DNA of 63,944 nucleotides, counting the filler, from Bigelowiella natans CCMP2755 (lineage: Eukaryota > Protista > Cercozoa), in assembly GCA_000320545.1 (NCBI GenBank). It is 7 parts of 7 records of this genome, joined end to end, with 100 filler letters (N's around TTAATTAATTAA, not from the genome) between each part and the next. Parts side by side here need not be neighbours in the genome. Positions count along the whole stretch, not along the records: positions 1 to 15,544 come from ADNK01002087.1; 6 more parts are not named here. One strand, written 5' to 3'. Below, piece after piece: positions 1 through 13,631 of this stretch. The position numbers were made by a program, and so were the translations under genes. Under the pieces are notes generated by a model. The model made no database searches. It was not told the DNA's origin and saw only the letters and a program-made list of their open reading frames with translations. How positions within the stretch are numbered: the first letter of the stretch is position 1; the number at the start of each line of letters is the position of its first letter.

Positions 1-284
1 TTAGATTTTTTGATCGAGCAATTTCTCGGTATGCCACCTCCCCCCACCCATACCTTATGAATAAAATACTGTGTTTACGCTTACTTTAAGTCCATTGATA
101 GTAAGGAAACACAGATAAAAACCCATCAGGGTTTCCAAAATCCCCCCCCCCCCCCTCACCATCTTCATCATCATATTCTCTTTCTTTCTCTTTTTTAAGG
201 GAAAAGGGTATTCAGGCTTGGTTTTCATTTCCCCGGGGGGTTTTGGGCGGGGTTTTTAATAATTATGAAAACGAACTTTTTTAG

Positions 285-316
<32 letters not shown>

Positions 317-476
317 TGGGGAGAGGAGGAAATGATCGTTAAAACAATTATGTGAGGTACGATTATGATGATTGAATGAATGGCTTGCTTATGGCCATGA
401 CGAGACGATAAACATAAAGTTGCAGTAGTAATACCTTATAACATTCTAAAGCTCGTCTCCGTACCCCCCCCTCCCC

Positions 477-515
<39 letters not shown>

Positions 516-530
516 TCCCTCTCCCCTCTA

Positions 531-2317
531 GATATATGGTCCCCCTCCTGGCCGTGACTATCGTCAATAAGCCTCCTTATGAGTAATAGCCTCCCCCACA
601 ACAGTTTCAGATCGATCGTATGAAGAAGCAAGATGACACCACAACATATCTCACTACAACAAATCAAACACAAATAGATGTGTTATTCAACCTCTCCCCC
701 TCCCCCCCCTCCCCCTCCTCTCCCTTACTGTAGATCGTGGGAAGACGGCAGCTTTGCCAGCATTGCGAGGGCGCAGGGGGGAAGGTAGAGCTGGTGTTTG
801 TGTTATTTTGAGAGAAAGATGGAAAGGACGTTACAGATTGATCCACTCTGGCGCTACTAGCGAAATGTGCTTGCTCATTTAAAATACCCAGTGAGAACTT
901 TCTTCTTATGAAACGAAAGCGATAGACCCCGCCCTTAGGCGTGTAGATATCTTTCGATCATCAACGTTGTTCTCCCGCCTCCTTTCTGGAGGCGGTGGCG
1001 TTGTCGGTGCCGTGCTTAATCCTTGGTTATTATGTTATGATGCGCTCAGATGGCTCGCTGATTTGGTAGCTATTGCAGGGATAATTGGAAATGCTGGTAA
1101 CACGCATAGGAGGGAGAGGGAGAGAAGGAGGAGGGGGTGAGGGGGGAGATTCAAATATATAGCATCCATATTGAAAACCTTGATGATGGCTATTTTGGGG
1201 CATCTTCCCTGTGCCGGAAGTTATTACTGTTTTGGTGGTGATGGTATGAAAAGATGATAATGATGATGATGATGATGATGATGATGAAGATGATACAAGT
1301 GAAGATGATGATGATGGTGGTGGCGGTGAATATGGCGCTTGCTCGCGGATCTGATATCTTTCTCGTCACCATCATCATCGTCGATCTCCACCATAGGAAT
1401 GCACATTGCAGAGATGTTTGAAGATGCTTGGCAGCTGTGAGTAGTCGTATTGATGCCGATGTTGCTCCACATAACACGTAGCATTCTCGAGGAGTTCTTC
1501 CGCTGCTGCCTTGTTGCGTTTTGAAATGTATTCGTTGCGTGTATGAGTTGAACCATGGATTCTCTTCTCCTCCTCCTCCTCCACCACCACCACCTCCTCG
1601 TCCTCCTCCCCTCCCATCTCCTCAAGACATGGTATGGCGGAGGTGAATCTCGTTCCCCGCATTTTCCGGTACTATTCTCAATATGACAATATGATAGTAG
1701 TTGGAGTGCATGCACGCTGCAATACGGGTTCTTACATCACGTAGAGTGCTGCTCCTGGCAGTTGTCCCCCCCCCCTTTACTTTCTTCTTCCCCCCTTCCT
1801 CCCCCTCCTCATCCTCCTTCTTCTTCCTCTTCTTCCTTGCTCGCACTACACAGCTATCGTCACCCATACTTCCAAACACCATGGGCCTGCATTACCATCC
1901 AAATCGTCATCATCTCGCTTCTCCAGGCATTCAACTTTCAGGTTAGAACTTCTACGTGTGGGTGTTCTTTTTCCTCTTGGACGAAGGCGGGAGAGGGGGG
2001 GGGGGGGGTGGAGGGCAGCTGTCATCATCGTGCTGAAACTAAATCCTAGTCATTGTTATCTTCCAGGTGATTGTGTGCATTGACAACTTCTTCTCGGTTA
2101 GATTTGCTGATAGTAAATTGACGCGAAACAGCTAGTAGATTGTAGAATAGGAGCATCCAAAACTTGCTCGAGATGTTCCTACCAATTTTACAAGAAAACA
2201 TCGTGATACTCTGAGTGAGTCCCCCAATGCTTTTCACTGTACATTGGAACAGAGAAGCAGAGGCGACTGAAAGATGCTGCAGCCACACTGCTGAGCATGC
2301 TTTGGCGTGTCTTTGTA

Positions 2318-2357
<40 letters not shown>

Positions 2358-2372
2358 TGTATGTATGTGTGT

Positions 2373-2413
<41 letters not shown>

Positions 2414-2825
2414 TGTGTGTATGTGTGGTTGGTGAATTGGTAGGGAGAGAAATGAGTACAGCTAGTGAGGAAGGGGGGACAACAACTGAAAATACATGTG
2501 ATTCGTTTGTGATAGGTCATTGGGGTCCTTCTTGAATTGCTCGCATTTGTTTATCTACGGTGAGCTCTTGTCCAATAATGCTCTCTCTCTCGTCGTCGAT
2601 CGATCTCAAATACCGCTATTCCTTGCGTTATTTCTTCGGCGATGAAGAGGGAAGATGGTGGGGGTGATGAAACATAATTAAATCACCTTCGAATTGTGGT
2701 GCGAGCTGGTGATGATGGTGGTGGTGATGATGGTGGTTATGGAGAATGGAACCCGAAGCACATTTCCTTTCTCTACTGAAGAAACCGAACATACGATCAT
2801 TATGAATGTCCTGTAAATATTTATA

Positions 2826-2880
<55 letters not shown>

Positions 2881-3265
2881 TATGTGTATACATATGTATA
2901 CATGCAAAAGATGGGTTGAGTGTAGTATCAATGTGCACGCACACGTACACACTTACTCATCTTTCTCGTTCTCGCCCAATGATGCTACTGCTTGTGGTTG
3001 TGATGGATTCTGGTGATTCGAAGCTATTCAAAGCCTGATATGGCCCGGCCATTCAAGATTCCTCTATCCAATACCATGCTCACGGCAGTTCTGGTAGTAC
3101 AGTTATTATTTAAGTAATCTACTAGTTGGCTCATGTGCTACTACAAAGTACTATGGAATATACAATTTCTCTGTACGCAGAGGACTACAAATCCCCCTAT
3201 CTCTTTCTCTCTCTTTCTCCCCCTCCCCCCTCCGCCATTCTCTTTTTTGCTCAAATATAGATTTA

Positions 3266-3315
<50 letters not shown>

Positions 3316-3566
3316 TACTGATATAGATGTTTTCATACAAACAAGAACAAAACCAACACCCCCTTCTTCATGAGCCTGCTGTAACACGTTCAACAACAAC
3401 AAAGGCACCATGTAGAGGGACAGGGAGTCATCGTCGTCGTCGCCAGCTTGACAGGGTCTTTGGTCTCGTTGTGCATAAACATCGGAGGCTTGCTTATCGG
3501 GGTATGGTTGACGTATATTATTATGCGAAGATACCGTGATGACTTCGTCGTTGTAGGAGAAGTTGC

Positions 3567-3598
<32 letters not shown>

Positions 3599-4234
3599 AG
3601 TAGATATGCGGAGTGAGGATCCTGCCCAATGGATTGTGTAAGATATATGCGTTGGTTGTGTGATGATTTGTTGCAAGGTCCTTGGCACTCTCGTAGCGAT
3701 GTACCGTTATGAGGACTTGAGGTATACGCCGAAGGACGGCCATTCTGAGCTCATTCGGTGAGAAGTACAAAGATAATAAAATAAAACAAAGGATAGGGCA
3801 TAGCAAGCGCCGATGAGAAACCTTGAACCTTTTGCAATGACCGATACGATTGCTTTGCGAAAATGCGGGACGGAGAGTCATCGAGGGACTGGCCTATGCA
3901 GAGCTTTCCAAATTTCCTCAAAACATCCCACTCAAATCCTGTTCAATCAAGCGATTTGCTGGCGTGGGATGAGAAACAATCCTCAATATACAATTTTTAT
4001 TAACACCTATACAGTGTTACGCTTTACGAATACATAGTGATCCTCCCCTCCCCCTCCCATAGAGCTGGTCTCAGATTTCCTCATTATTGACTTCATAGGA
4101 CGATGGCGGATGTTGTTGCAGAAGACCAGAAACAGCCATTGTCCCCCGAGAACTCTTCAATTACGAATACACCCAAAGGCTCGTCGATCTTTTTGCGATC
4201 AGCAGCAGAGGCATCATCATCAAATGCAGAATAG
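531..4234 (+). CDS. APC-superfamily polyamine/amino-acid permease (PUT/LAT-like), multi-exon, 5' part outside the window
   Basis: Small GT-AG exons read in order on +: YMVPLLAVTI (~531), WEDGSFASIARAQGG (~735), WLADLVAIAGIIGNA (~1030), GMHIAEMFEDAWQL (~1397), GMAEVNLVPRIF (~1630), RHPYFQTPWACITIQ (~1855), VIVCIDNFFS (~2067), VLLELLAFVYLR (~2517), YSKPDMARPFKIPL (~3024). These match the PUT/LAT motifs WEDG, AEMxxDxxQL, GMAE, TPW, LLExxAFxxLR and PDxxRPF. The last exon and stop at 4232-4234 are tentative. Confidence 0.8.
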
Positions 4235-5119
4235 CTATGCTACCATGACAACGCTTAATTTACGAATATGTGCATGTGCTTGTGGCAATGCACACATCTC
4301 AACTCTGCCTGAGTGAGAGAATCACCCACAGATGTAGACAACATGCAATCCATGCAATCGCGTGAATGAATGACAAAGCAGCTTAGCTGCACTATAGCCT
4401 TTGCAGCATGCTAGCATTGTAGAGACCTGTCACAGGTATGTGATTTTTGGCGATGTGCACTCTAGCACTGTCAGCGGAAACAACAATGCCTTGCAAACAC
4501 ATCTACACGTGCATTGGATCTGACATGGCTAGAACTAGAGAATGGCGCACAGCAGCATGATCAGCAAAGCGGCCGGGCCGTGACACACAACACAGGCTAG
4601 GCATGCAAAACTGTCAAATCAGCTGTGTCGCTGCTCTACGAACTAGCAAACGCTGCGCACATTCAATCATTGCAGGTTGTAGCACGTGACATCCTGTCAT
4701 CATGTCTCTGTCATTTGGGCATCGATCATGACTGACAAATAAATAATGCACACACAGCCATGCAGCATCATGTGCCCTCATGTGTGCGCGTGCCGTGCTA
4801 GCGTGTGCCATGTCCATCGTGCCGGCTTCCGGATTCATGCACTTTGCATGCAACATTAAACGATTTAACTGGTGCTCGAAAGTGTTCACATCTCTAGATC
4901 TAGACATGCTGTCATGACAACAGCAGAGACACTTTGCAAATGCATATGTCTCTCATCCCCTGAATGATAGGATTGGACTCAGCGATGTTTAGATCTATGC
5001 TGCATCATTCAGAGACACATCTCATGGAAGTAATTCTTGTTTGTCTCGCTGTGGCTGTGACTAACCACCGATGCTCACGTAGTGCAGCTAATTCGCAGCA
5101 TAGCAAAGGATGAGGCTTG

Positions 5120-6954
5120 CTAGCTTTTCTCCTTGATTCCCTTATGGCGCTCGTAGTCCAAGAACGCTTCGCTCGACGACCTCTTCACCTCCTTCAAGAG
5201 ATGGTTTGTGCCCCCACCCTCAGCAAAGAGCATCTCGATGTCGTTCCGAATGGCGAATATCGTCGAGCTTGAGACAGTGCGTCTCACCCTTGAATGGCCT
5301 GTAAATGGGCTCTCAAGGTCATAGAACAAGCTGCGAATCGTCAGCAGAGCGGAAGTGAGAGTTGCGAAAAGTGCAGCTTCCGCATTGATGCCGATGCCTC
5401 CCCCCCCCCCAATCCCCGAAGACGAAACCTTGCTGCTCTCAACATAATGCGCCAATGTGAGCAGCATTCCAGCAACGGATTGCATCGGCCCAAGCATCGA
5501 GATAGGCTCGAGCTCCAGTGCAGACGAGAGAAGCGTGAAGGAAATCACTATATAAAGGGCGAGCAAATCAACGATAGCAAGAATGGCGGGAACGACTCCT
5601 TGGCCCTCTTTATCAAGCCGCAGAGTTCGGTGACCCATCATGGCCTCGACGTGCATTCGCGCTTGCATTGAGGTGGTTCTAACACGCGATGCGATGACTT
5701 CATCCAAGTTGGTTTCTTTGAATGGAACGGGAGCAGTGTTTGTAGTGGCAGTAGTAGTAGCACTCTCCCCAACCTGCAGGGCATATAGCCCATGGTGTAA
5801 CTTCTTCAAAATGTCATCGCTAGCAATCCCAACAATCTCCTGTGACCTGCTCGAGAAAATGAGCAAATCTGTGTACTTCCATACAAGAACTAGCAGCTCC
5901 TCGCACTTCAGCTGGCTCTTTCCGTTGTATTCCTGGGCAAGCTGCATGATAAGCCAGGTCAATACTCGCAGCTCGTTCAGCTCTGCATTCGCAGCGTCCT
6001 GTATCTTGTCTTGGCGCGATTGTAGCAGGCCGACAGTTGTGCTCGCAAGCAGCGCGTAAAGCACATCCATAGCGGGGGAAAACGCACCGGTGACTGAGGC
6101 TGTGATGTCGTCGATATTGATTCCGAGAAGGGAGGGGGCGATTATGCGCTGGAAGAGGGGAAAAGTGAAGTACATCCCCAGGATCAAAACGGCTTGGTAG
6201 CCAACGGAGAAGTATTTGCTCTCGTCAGTTCTAGTATTTATATGCATTAGGAAGACAATAGCGGCAAGAGGATCGTGTCAGGAAGAGGCAGGGACAAGGC
6301 GACAATGTTATGTTCAAAATTGGTGCATAAATCCCTTCATTCCTAGGCGATAGTATACAACCCGCCCTCCGCCCCCCACCCCTCTCTACGACGTCCTCCG
6401 TGCCTCCTCTTCCCCTCTATCTCTCTGCGATGCACAAGTCACCTGTCTTCAAGAAAAAGACTAGAGTTAACGTGATCAAAGGTCCGATGGTCACTCTCTT
6501 GAACTAGAAATCGCTTCGGATTCGAAACATAGGATCTCGTCCACCTACTTTGTATAGGGTTGGCGCTATCAACTTCTCGCGCTGTGGAGTCCAGTAGACT
6601 TCGCAGAGAAGCCGACTCTATCGAGGAGACGAATTTGTCATAGCGTCCCCTCTTTTCCCTTTTGAGAGGAACGATAAGATTTTCTCTCTCATCATCCGCT
6701 GCCCTGACCCCAAATGACTTCCGATGGGTCAACGCCGTTTTATCTCCCCCCCATCTTTGATGTAGGGAAAGTGGCGCTCTCGTATGATGCCTGAAGGCCC
6801 GATGCGGTAAGTACTGATGTCCCGGAGAATGAATTGACAGTGCCTTATGTGAGGACCAAATATGTGTACGTGCGGTTGTTCGTGCCACAGCTCGGACTGA
6901 GAGGAGGAGAGCTGCGGAGAATTGTAGGAGAAGCAACATTGTGCTCTTTTTCAC
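5120..6954 (-). CDS. DUF4239/bestrophin-like membrane protein with a bipartite (signal + transit-like) leader, two exons
   Basis: Exon 1 (6954-6443) and exon 2 (6230-5120) join in frame across a GT-AG intron (ED-R-TDE). The hydrophobic N-terminus is followed by an R/H/S/T-rich, acid-poor stretch. There are several TM segments, and the C-terminal motif YDLESPFTG resembles DUF4239 DLxxPFxG. Confidence 0.6.
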
Positions 6955-8203
6955 TTTTTATCAACGGTTACGATATTTATGATGGGTTCTGGAGGCAAAT
7001 AGTCACGAGCGATGCTGACAAACGCGATTCTAAGATTCTAAGCCCGAGTATATTAGGGCGTCAAGCACCCCCTGCTACGAGACGAGCGAAGGCCCATCCG
7101 TCTCCAGCTCTGGACGGACCGGGTGTACAAGTTCTCGTATGATATTTGAGTTTCGCCACATTGTCCTTGTTGTTGCTTCCGATTGTATTTTAGGAAGATT
7201 TACATCCTAACAATTTCCCAATGAGAAACCGCTGTCAAAATAAATGAATCGTAGGACGCTTTGTAAATGCGACTTGGTACTCGCCTTCCGATCAGTTGGG
7301 AGTAACGGGCAGTATCCGGAGATTTTGAAATCCTGAGCATGGGGCACGTCGCCAGACGTAATGTGGCATGGCGCGCGACAGGGCTAGGATCTTGCAAAAA
7401 TAATTACATTTCGATGTCGTTATAAGAAAATAGATGTCATTTATCTCGTTAAACTACGATGCTTCCTCCGTTAGATTTACGGCTGGGGACGACCTTGACA
7501 CAAGACTCATGCAGGGTGAATGCGGTTTTGATAATAAGACATGTAATATATTCCCACCTTTAGCTAAAACCGGAAGGAATATTTGCCGAATCCAAAAATA
7601 GCGATTTTTGATATGAAGAAGGAATGACGCTGAATTTATTAGAATCAACTGAAACCTTTTGATTTTTAGTAAGTAATTACCTTTATTATTACCTTTCTAA
7701 GCAAATAAAGTACCGAAATTAAGTCTGGAAATTCCTACTGCTTGCCATTTCCGTCGCATTTAGATTCAGCTTCTTGAACCAGGTCGTCGCGCTGGCCTCT
7801 TCTCTCTTCCATCTAACGTAGGACGGGTCATAGTAACACGTTTCATAGGTGATGGCATATAGATTTTGTATCTTACACATTCGCCAAGTCCTGCCATGTT
7901 CATTTTTTGAAGAAGAGGCTGCTACGTTACCAATTTCCATTTAAAACACAAAGAAGAATCCTCAAACGGAAGGGAAAATACCAATCTTAAGACCTATACG
8001 GAGGAGGAGGCCAAGTCTGATAGCAGCCTACCTTCTCACATAAAACTTTTTTCTTCGATCTCTGAGCCGGAATCTGGGAAATTCGATCATTTTTCATGCG
8101 ATCATTTTCATGCGATCATTTTTTATGAAAGCGCTATCACATATTCTATCTCAACTTGACCTGTGTTTTTGAATACCTGCTGACTCCTCCCCCCATTGTT
8201 ACA

Positions 8204-8542
8204 ATGTCCCAAGCAGATAAACAGTCGATCAAGATGGGTTTAGGATCTGAGCTCTTAAAATCCATCCTCCATCCAGCGGAGATCGCTGCCATGCTTAAAC
8301 TGAAGTACGGAGGTTACATACCGAAGACGATGAGTAGCCGGAAGATTCCTGTGCGTATGATGGAGGGTCGAGACTTTTGTTACACAATCCTTAATCGTGT
8401 CAGGTAAGCAGTGGCGTTATTTCACCTTGAGCATTGAACGAGAACCTTATGATGCTACTTTGCTCTAATAGTCGTAGTTTTGCGCTGGTGATTCAGCAGC
8501 TACCATGGGAACTGAGAGATCCGGTATTATTATTATTATTAT

Positions 8543-8581
<39 letters not shown>

Positions 8582-10203
8582 AAGTAGTAGTAGGGAGAAG
8601 GGTCAAGGGGTAGAATAGGACGATAGCATAGTCTGGTAGTAGTAAAAACGTCGGGTTGAATCCCAATAAACTGACCGGCAAAATTGCTTTTTTACCGCGT
8701 GTGCTTGCTTGGGATTGGCCCCCAATATTTTCGCAATACTCCCCCCCTGAGCTTTTCACCCTCATTATTGCAAAGTTGTATATTCTCTTGGATTCTCAGG
8801 GGTTTGGATACAATTGGTATGGCCCCAACCATCTAATTTTACTCAAGAGACAGAGCGAGAGAGAGAGTGAGAGAGAGAGAGGGGGGGGGGGAGTGTGATG
8901 ATTGGTTGTGAAATATTGACATATTTCTTAACTTGTGTTTCTGCAGAGGATGATATGAAGCTGGACATGAAGACAAAAGCTCCTCTTCTCACAAACTTCC
9001 ACGAAATCATTGAAAAAGACGGCTGGAATATGAAAGGTGGTTCATTCAACAGCCTCTTGCTCTCCCCCCCTCTGCTTTCTTGAACTCGTTCTTTATCACG
9101 CATACAATGTATATTGGTTTCATCGAATGATGAATTATGTTGCTTTATACCAGGCATCGGCGACACTCCCGACTACGTTCTCTTAATGGAGCAATTCCAC
9201 AAGGTGGGGTCGATTAAAGCAATGATGAGAGGCAAGGACGTACATCAATAGTATATCGATTCAGAGAAACGTTTCGTTGTGTTCTCATGGCCTTCTCCTT
9301 CTATTTTCACATTCTCGAGCGTCACCCGTCCTGTATCCCCCCCCCCCCCCCCCTTCACAGGTTATCTCCGAATTCAAACGCCTAAAAAAACCCTACCAGG
9401 CTGCCATCAAGCTCATCACCAAGAAAATGGGGAAGGGGATGTGCGATTTCGCCGAGAAAATGGGCGTCGATAGCCTCGAGGAGTGGGATCTCTACTGCCA
9501 TTACGTCGCCGGTTTGGTCGGCCACGGTTTGAGCGCGTTGTTCTCCGCATCAGGGCTGGAAAAGAAGTCCCTGGCCGCTGAGCTCGAAATCTCCAACACC
9601 ATGGGGCTGTTTCTGCAGAAGACGAACATCATCCGGGACTACCTCGAGGACCTGGAGGAGGGGCGCATCTTCTGGCCAAAGGCCGTCTGGTCTAAGTGGT
9701 CAAAGCATTTGTCGCAATTCGCAGATAGGCCCCACGATAGGAAATCGCTAGCATGCTTGAATGAGCTCGTCACCAATGCGCTCGCGCACATCCCCGGCTG
9801 CCTCAAGTACATGCGAATGATCGAAGACCCGATGAACTTCCGCTTCTGCGCCATACCGCAAGTGATGGCAATCGCCACGCTCTCCGAGGTGTACAACAAC
9901 CCAAAAGTGTTCAAGGGCGTGGTCAAGATAAGAAAGGGCCTCTCCTGCAGGATCATCCTCGAAACCGAGGACTTCGGCACTGTGCGCGACTACTTCCGCT
10001 ACTTCCTTAATGACATAAAAAGTAGAATTCCACGCTCAGATCCTTCGGCCACACTCACGCTTAAGCGCGTTGATACGGCCCTCAGGCTTCTATCGGCGGG
10101 TCCAGCTTCCCGCAAGGGGGCATGCACTGGCACTACTTTCAACGCCGTCTTGGGAGCGGGGGCTGTGATCTCTTCCGCGTACATCTACACGCATCTTTGG
10201 TGA
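8204..10203 (+). CDS. FDFT1: Squalene synthase (farnesyl-diphosphate farnesyltransferase), six exons
   Basis: Motifs LNRVSRSFALVIQQL, LRGLDTIEDDM, YCHYVAGLVG, MGLFLQKTNIIRDYLED, FWPK, FCAIPQVMAIATL and VVKIRKG, plus a C-terminal TM anchor. Exons approx. 8204-8403, 8472-8523, ~8775-8816, 8947-9036, 9154-9203, 9361-10203. Exon 3 looks affected by base-call errors. Confidence 0.97.
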
Positions 10204-11055
10204 TATTAAGAATGATGCTATCTTTGGTGATATGAAGAATGCTGCTGCTGCTGCTGCTGCTGCTGCTTACGATAATGGTTGCAATGATGATAAACGAGGA
10301 TGTGTAAGTAAGATACACAGCCCATTCATTGTTGCTGCGACAGCTCTCAAACAAAGATCTCGTTATACACGTACCCCGGTTGAACGAACCTCCCCGCCCC
10401 CTCCCCCCCACCTCCCCCACCTCCCCGCCGACCTCCCCCCAAAGAATCTCTATCGACCAAGAACACAAATACAATTACTCTTATCAAGTAGCGAGAATAA
10501 AAAACTAATTAGTTGCGAGAGCGCGTCCTCAATGCCGGTCACATGCGTATATTTCACATAGATTGGCAAAGATCAAAATAGAGCGTGATGTAAATTAAAT
10601 GTGGTCGCATCCGTTATTATCGTAACACGCCGGAACAGCTACATCAATGACGGCTTATTAGTATGATATGCAATGAACGTGGTATGCATCATCGATTCGT
10701 GCCATGCGGTATCTCAGTATCTCATCAGTATCTCATCAGCATGCAGTGCCCAACTCTGCTACTGGCTTAACGCCATCGTCTACAACGAACTACTAGAGAT
10801 CTCGTCGCACGCATACGTGCTGATGAGCTAGCAACGAATAAGCTATACCCATGCATGCTAGCATGAAAAACGGAGGACAATTATTCAATTTATGAACGTC
10901 ATCGCATGTGCTTTCTTTACACAACACATACACTGCTGACTGCATATGAGCGTGCAATACTCGATCTAGCACTGCTACTAAATGTGCGTATGCAAGGCTA
11001 CACGTATACAAGCTGGCTAGCTGGTGCACACAACTAAGACGACTTTTTGCGTTCG

Positions 11056-11210
11056 CTATCCCTGCTGGGCCTTCTCAGCTTCCGCCTCCATAATTTTAGT
11101 CTTGTTTAGCCTCTCCACCTATTATTTGTGTGTGAAGAGTGTTCTCTCTTAATAGTTTCGAATGCATACATATATAGAAGACATGCGACACAAAGCTCAA
11201 ATCATGTGTT

Positions 11211-11283
<73 letters not shown>

Positions 11284-11849
11284 TTATATTTATATATCTA
11301 CACGTGTGTATATAATTACTGTTCAAATTTTATTTGCTCAGTACCTTAGCCCCCTCGTAGATGATTCGGCGCGCAAACGCCGGGAGAACGAAGGAGGCGG
11401 TGTGCATCTGAATTTTTGGTAACAACAATAATTGTTTCAACGATCGCAATGAATGCGAAGACGCAAATGAAGAAGAAGAAGAAGAAGACGACGACGAATA
11501 ATGATGATAATGACGAGGAGAAGAAATATTAAGAAATTAGATCCCAAGACCGAAGCTACCAACCTCCTTCGAGTAGTAATTCAAGCTCTTGGCCATTTCA
11601 TCTGCCAACGCCCTCCTGTATTTGTGTGGAGGAGGGGGGAGGGGGAGAAAAGTTGCGGTATTTCCTTAAGATGATATCGATGATTGCTTAGATACTAATG
11701 TGACAGGGGCGAATGAAGGATGGACTAGGCAATGAGGAGGGCAGCGATGATCTGATACGATGGAATATTACCTTGGCTTTTTACATGAGGCGGCTTGTTG
11801 CTTTGAATCTTTCGTATCCCTTTCAACAGCACATGTCGATCACAACAAA

Positions 11850-11923
<74 letters not shown>

Positions 11924-12665
11924 TATGTAATATTATTTCAATTATTTTTGTATTCACAGCCGACATACGGAGCATATCGTCTCATAAGCATGAATAATCA
12001 TCAACAACTAGATCTAACAGATTCTCTTTTTCCTCCTCCTCCTCCTCTCTTTTCTTCTTTTCACGAGACGTCTTCCAAGGTGACCCATAATATACGATGT
12101 TGTGGAGGTGCTGTACTTACTCAGGAGCCAAGCTACAAATTAAGAACCCAATCATCCCTAGAGACACATATTAAATATTAGAGACTGCTGCAGGGGGAAT
12201 ACATAACATTTCTCAGCAATAAAGACCTTAACCCCCCCCCCCGCCTTCTCATATTACTCATTGGTGTAGTAGTAGTAGTAGTAGTAGTAGTAGTAATTCA
12301 AAATTCGCTCTTTGGTGACCGATTTTATCGATCCTTTCTCACCAACTCCTCTTCCCGACCTCGCTCCCCACCCCCCCCCCCCGCTATACCAATTACCGCA
12401 GGGGTATGTAGGAATCTGCGTGTACGCGTACTGAACGCAATCGTACTGCTTTCTTGATTCTACAGCTAGGTGCTGGATTAGGTCCAAATCGAGCCACGTC
12501 GTCTCGGCCTGGGTGCTCACTTTTCCGCCTGGCCGAAGCGCCTCTCGCATTGCCTGCGTTTGTGTTACATTGCATTGTATGGGTGGGGAGGGCGAGGGGG
12601 CTCGATGCTCTGTCAGCAAGACATTAATATAATATTATAATTCATATAATATATTTACATTTATA

Positions 12666-12729
<64 letters not shown>

Positions 12730-13595
12730 ACTTGGCCTCTCTATTATTTCTTTCCTACTACTACTACTACTACTTTGTAAAATTCGGCAGTGAAAAGCGA
12801 CGTCGCAGGGCCTACTGGATCTGAGCTGAGAGAGGGGTATGGAGGGCAAAATAAAAAATATAAATAATTACAACAACAATAATAACAACAACATACATGT
12901 TTTGAATGCTGCTGCTGCGGGTAAATCCTGAAACACCATCATCATCATCATCATATCATCATCATCATCATATCATCATCATCATCATATCATCAACATC
13001 ATCATCATTATCATCATATCATCATCATCATCATCATCATCATTCGGAAGAGCCCCCTCATCTGTTTGCTATAACCTGTCGCAGATGATGACGTCAAAAT
13101 GGTTCTTCTTCGATTTAACAAATGCAGCTCCATCCCCTGATGGTGGGAATGAATGGTGGTGAAAGGGGGGGGGGGGGGGAGAAGTGAAAAAAGTGTCCAA
13201 GGCAACCAAAACCATGAATATTATGGTGATGATTACCATCATGATGGGGACGGTGGAGATTTGGGTCTATTTCCCCCGGAATGTTTTTTGTGTTGCCTGT
13301 GTGAGTAACGTAAAAGGAGTGAAGTCAAGTCGACTACCGCAATGAAGAGAGACGCGAGGGTCCTTCCATGCCGTCGCTACTCGAGGAAAGTATTTGGCCC
13401 CGCACTCTATCACCATCTTATCGATCTCGCATATCACCACTTCCTTCACACAGGCGTGTCTAGTGATGGTTTATTTTCGTTGAGTTTTGGGGAAAAAGTT
13501 GGCAAAGACTTCTTATGACAAGAACCATAGCTTGTGTGTTTCTTGAGGCATCATCTATCTTTGGTACATGTGCTAGTGATGATGATGACGATGAC

Positions 13596-13631
<36 letters not shown>

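Noticed and set aside
2188-2950. ORFs with HTHT, YIYI, CVCV, ERER, poly-H or poly-M runs here and throughout the window
   Set aside because: They are translations of intronic microsatellites, not proteins.
446-3881. Minus-strand ORFs suggesting a gene on the - strand
   Set aside because: The + strand gives ordered permease motifs with proper splice sites. The - ORFs are antisense or microsatellite read-through.
8640-8830. SQS exon 3 reads CIFSWILR with a poor acceptor, which could suggest a pseudogene or RNA editing
   Set aside because: The pattern fits compensating single-base miscalls of CIFYLILR in a noisy stretch, and the rest of the gene is intact.
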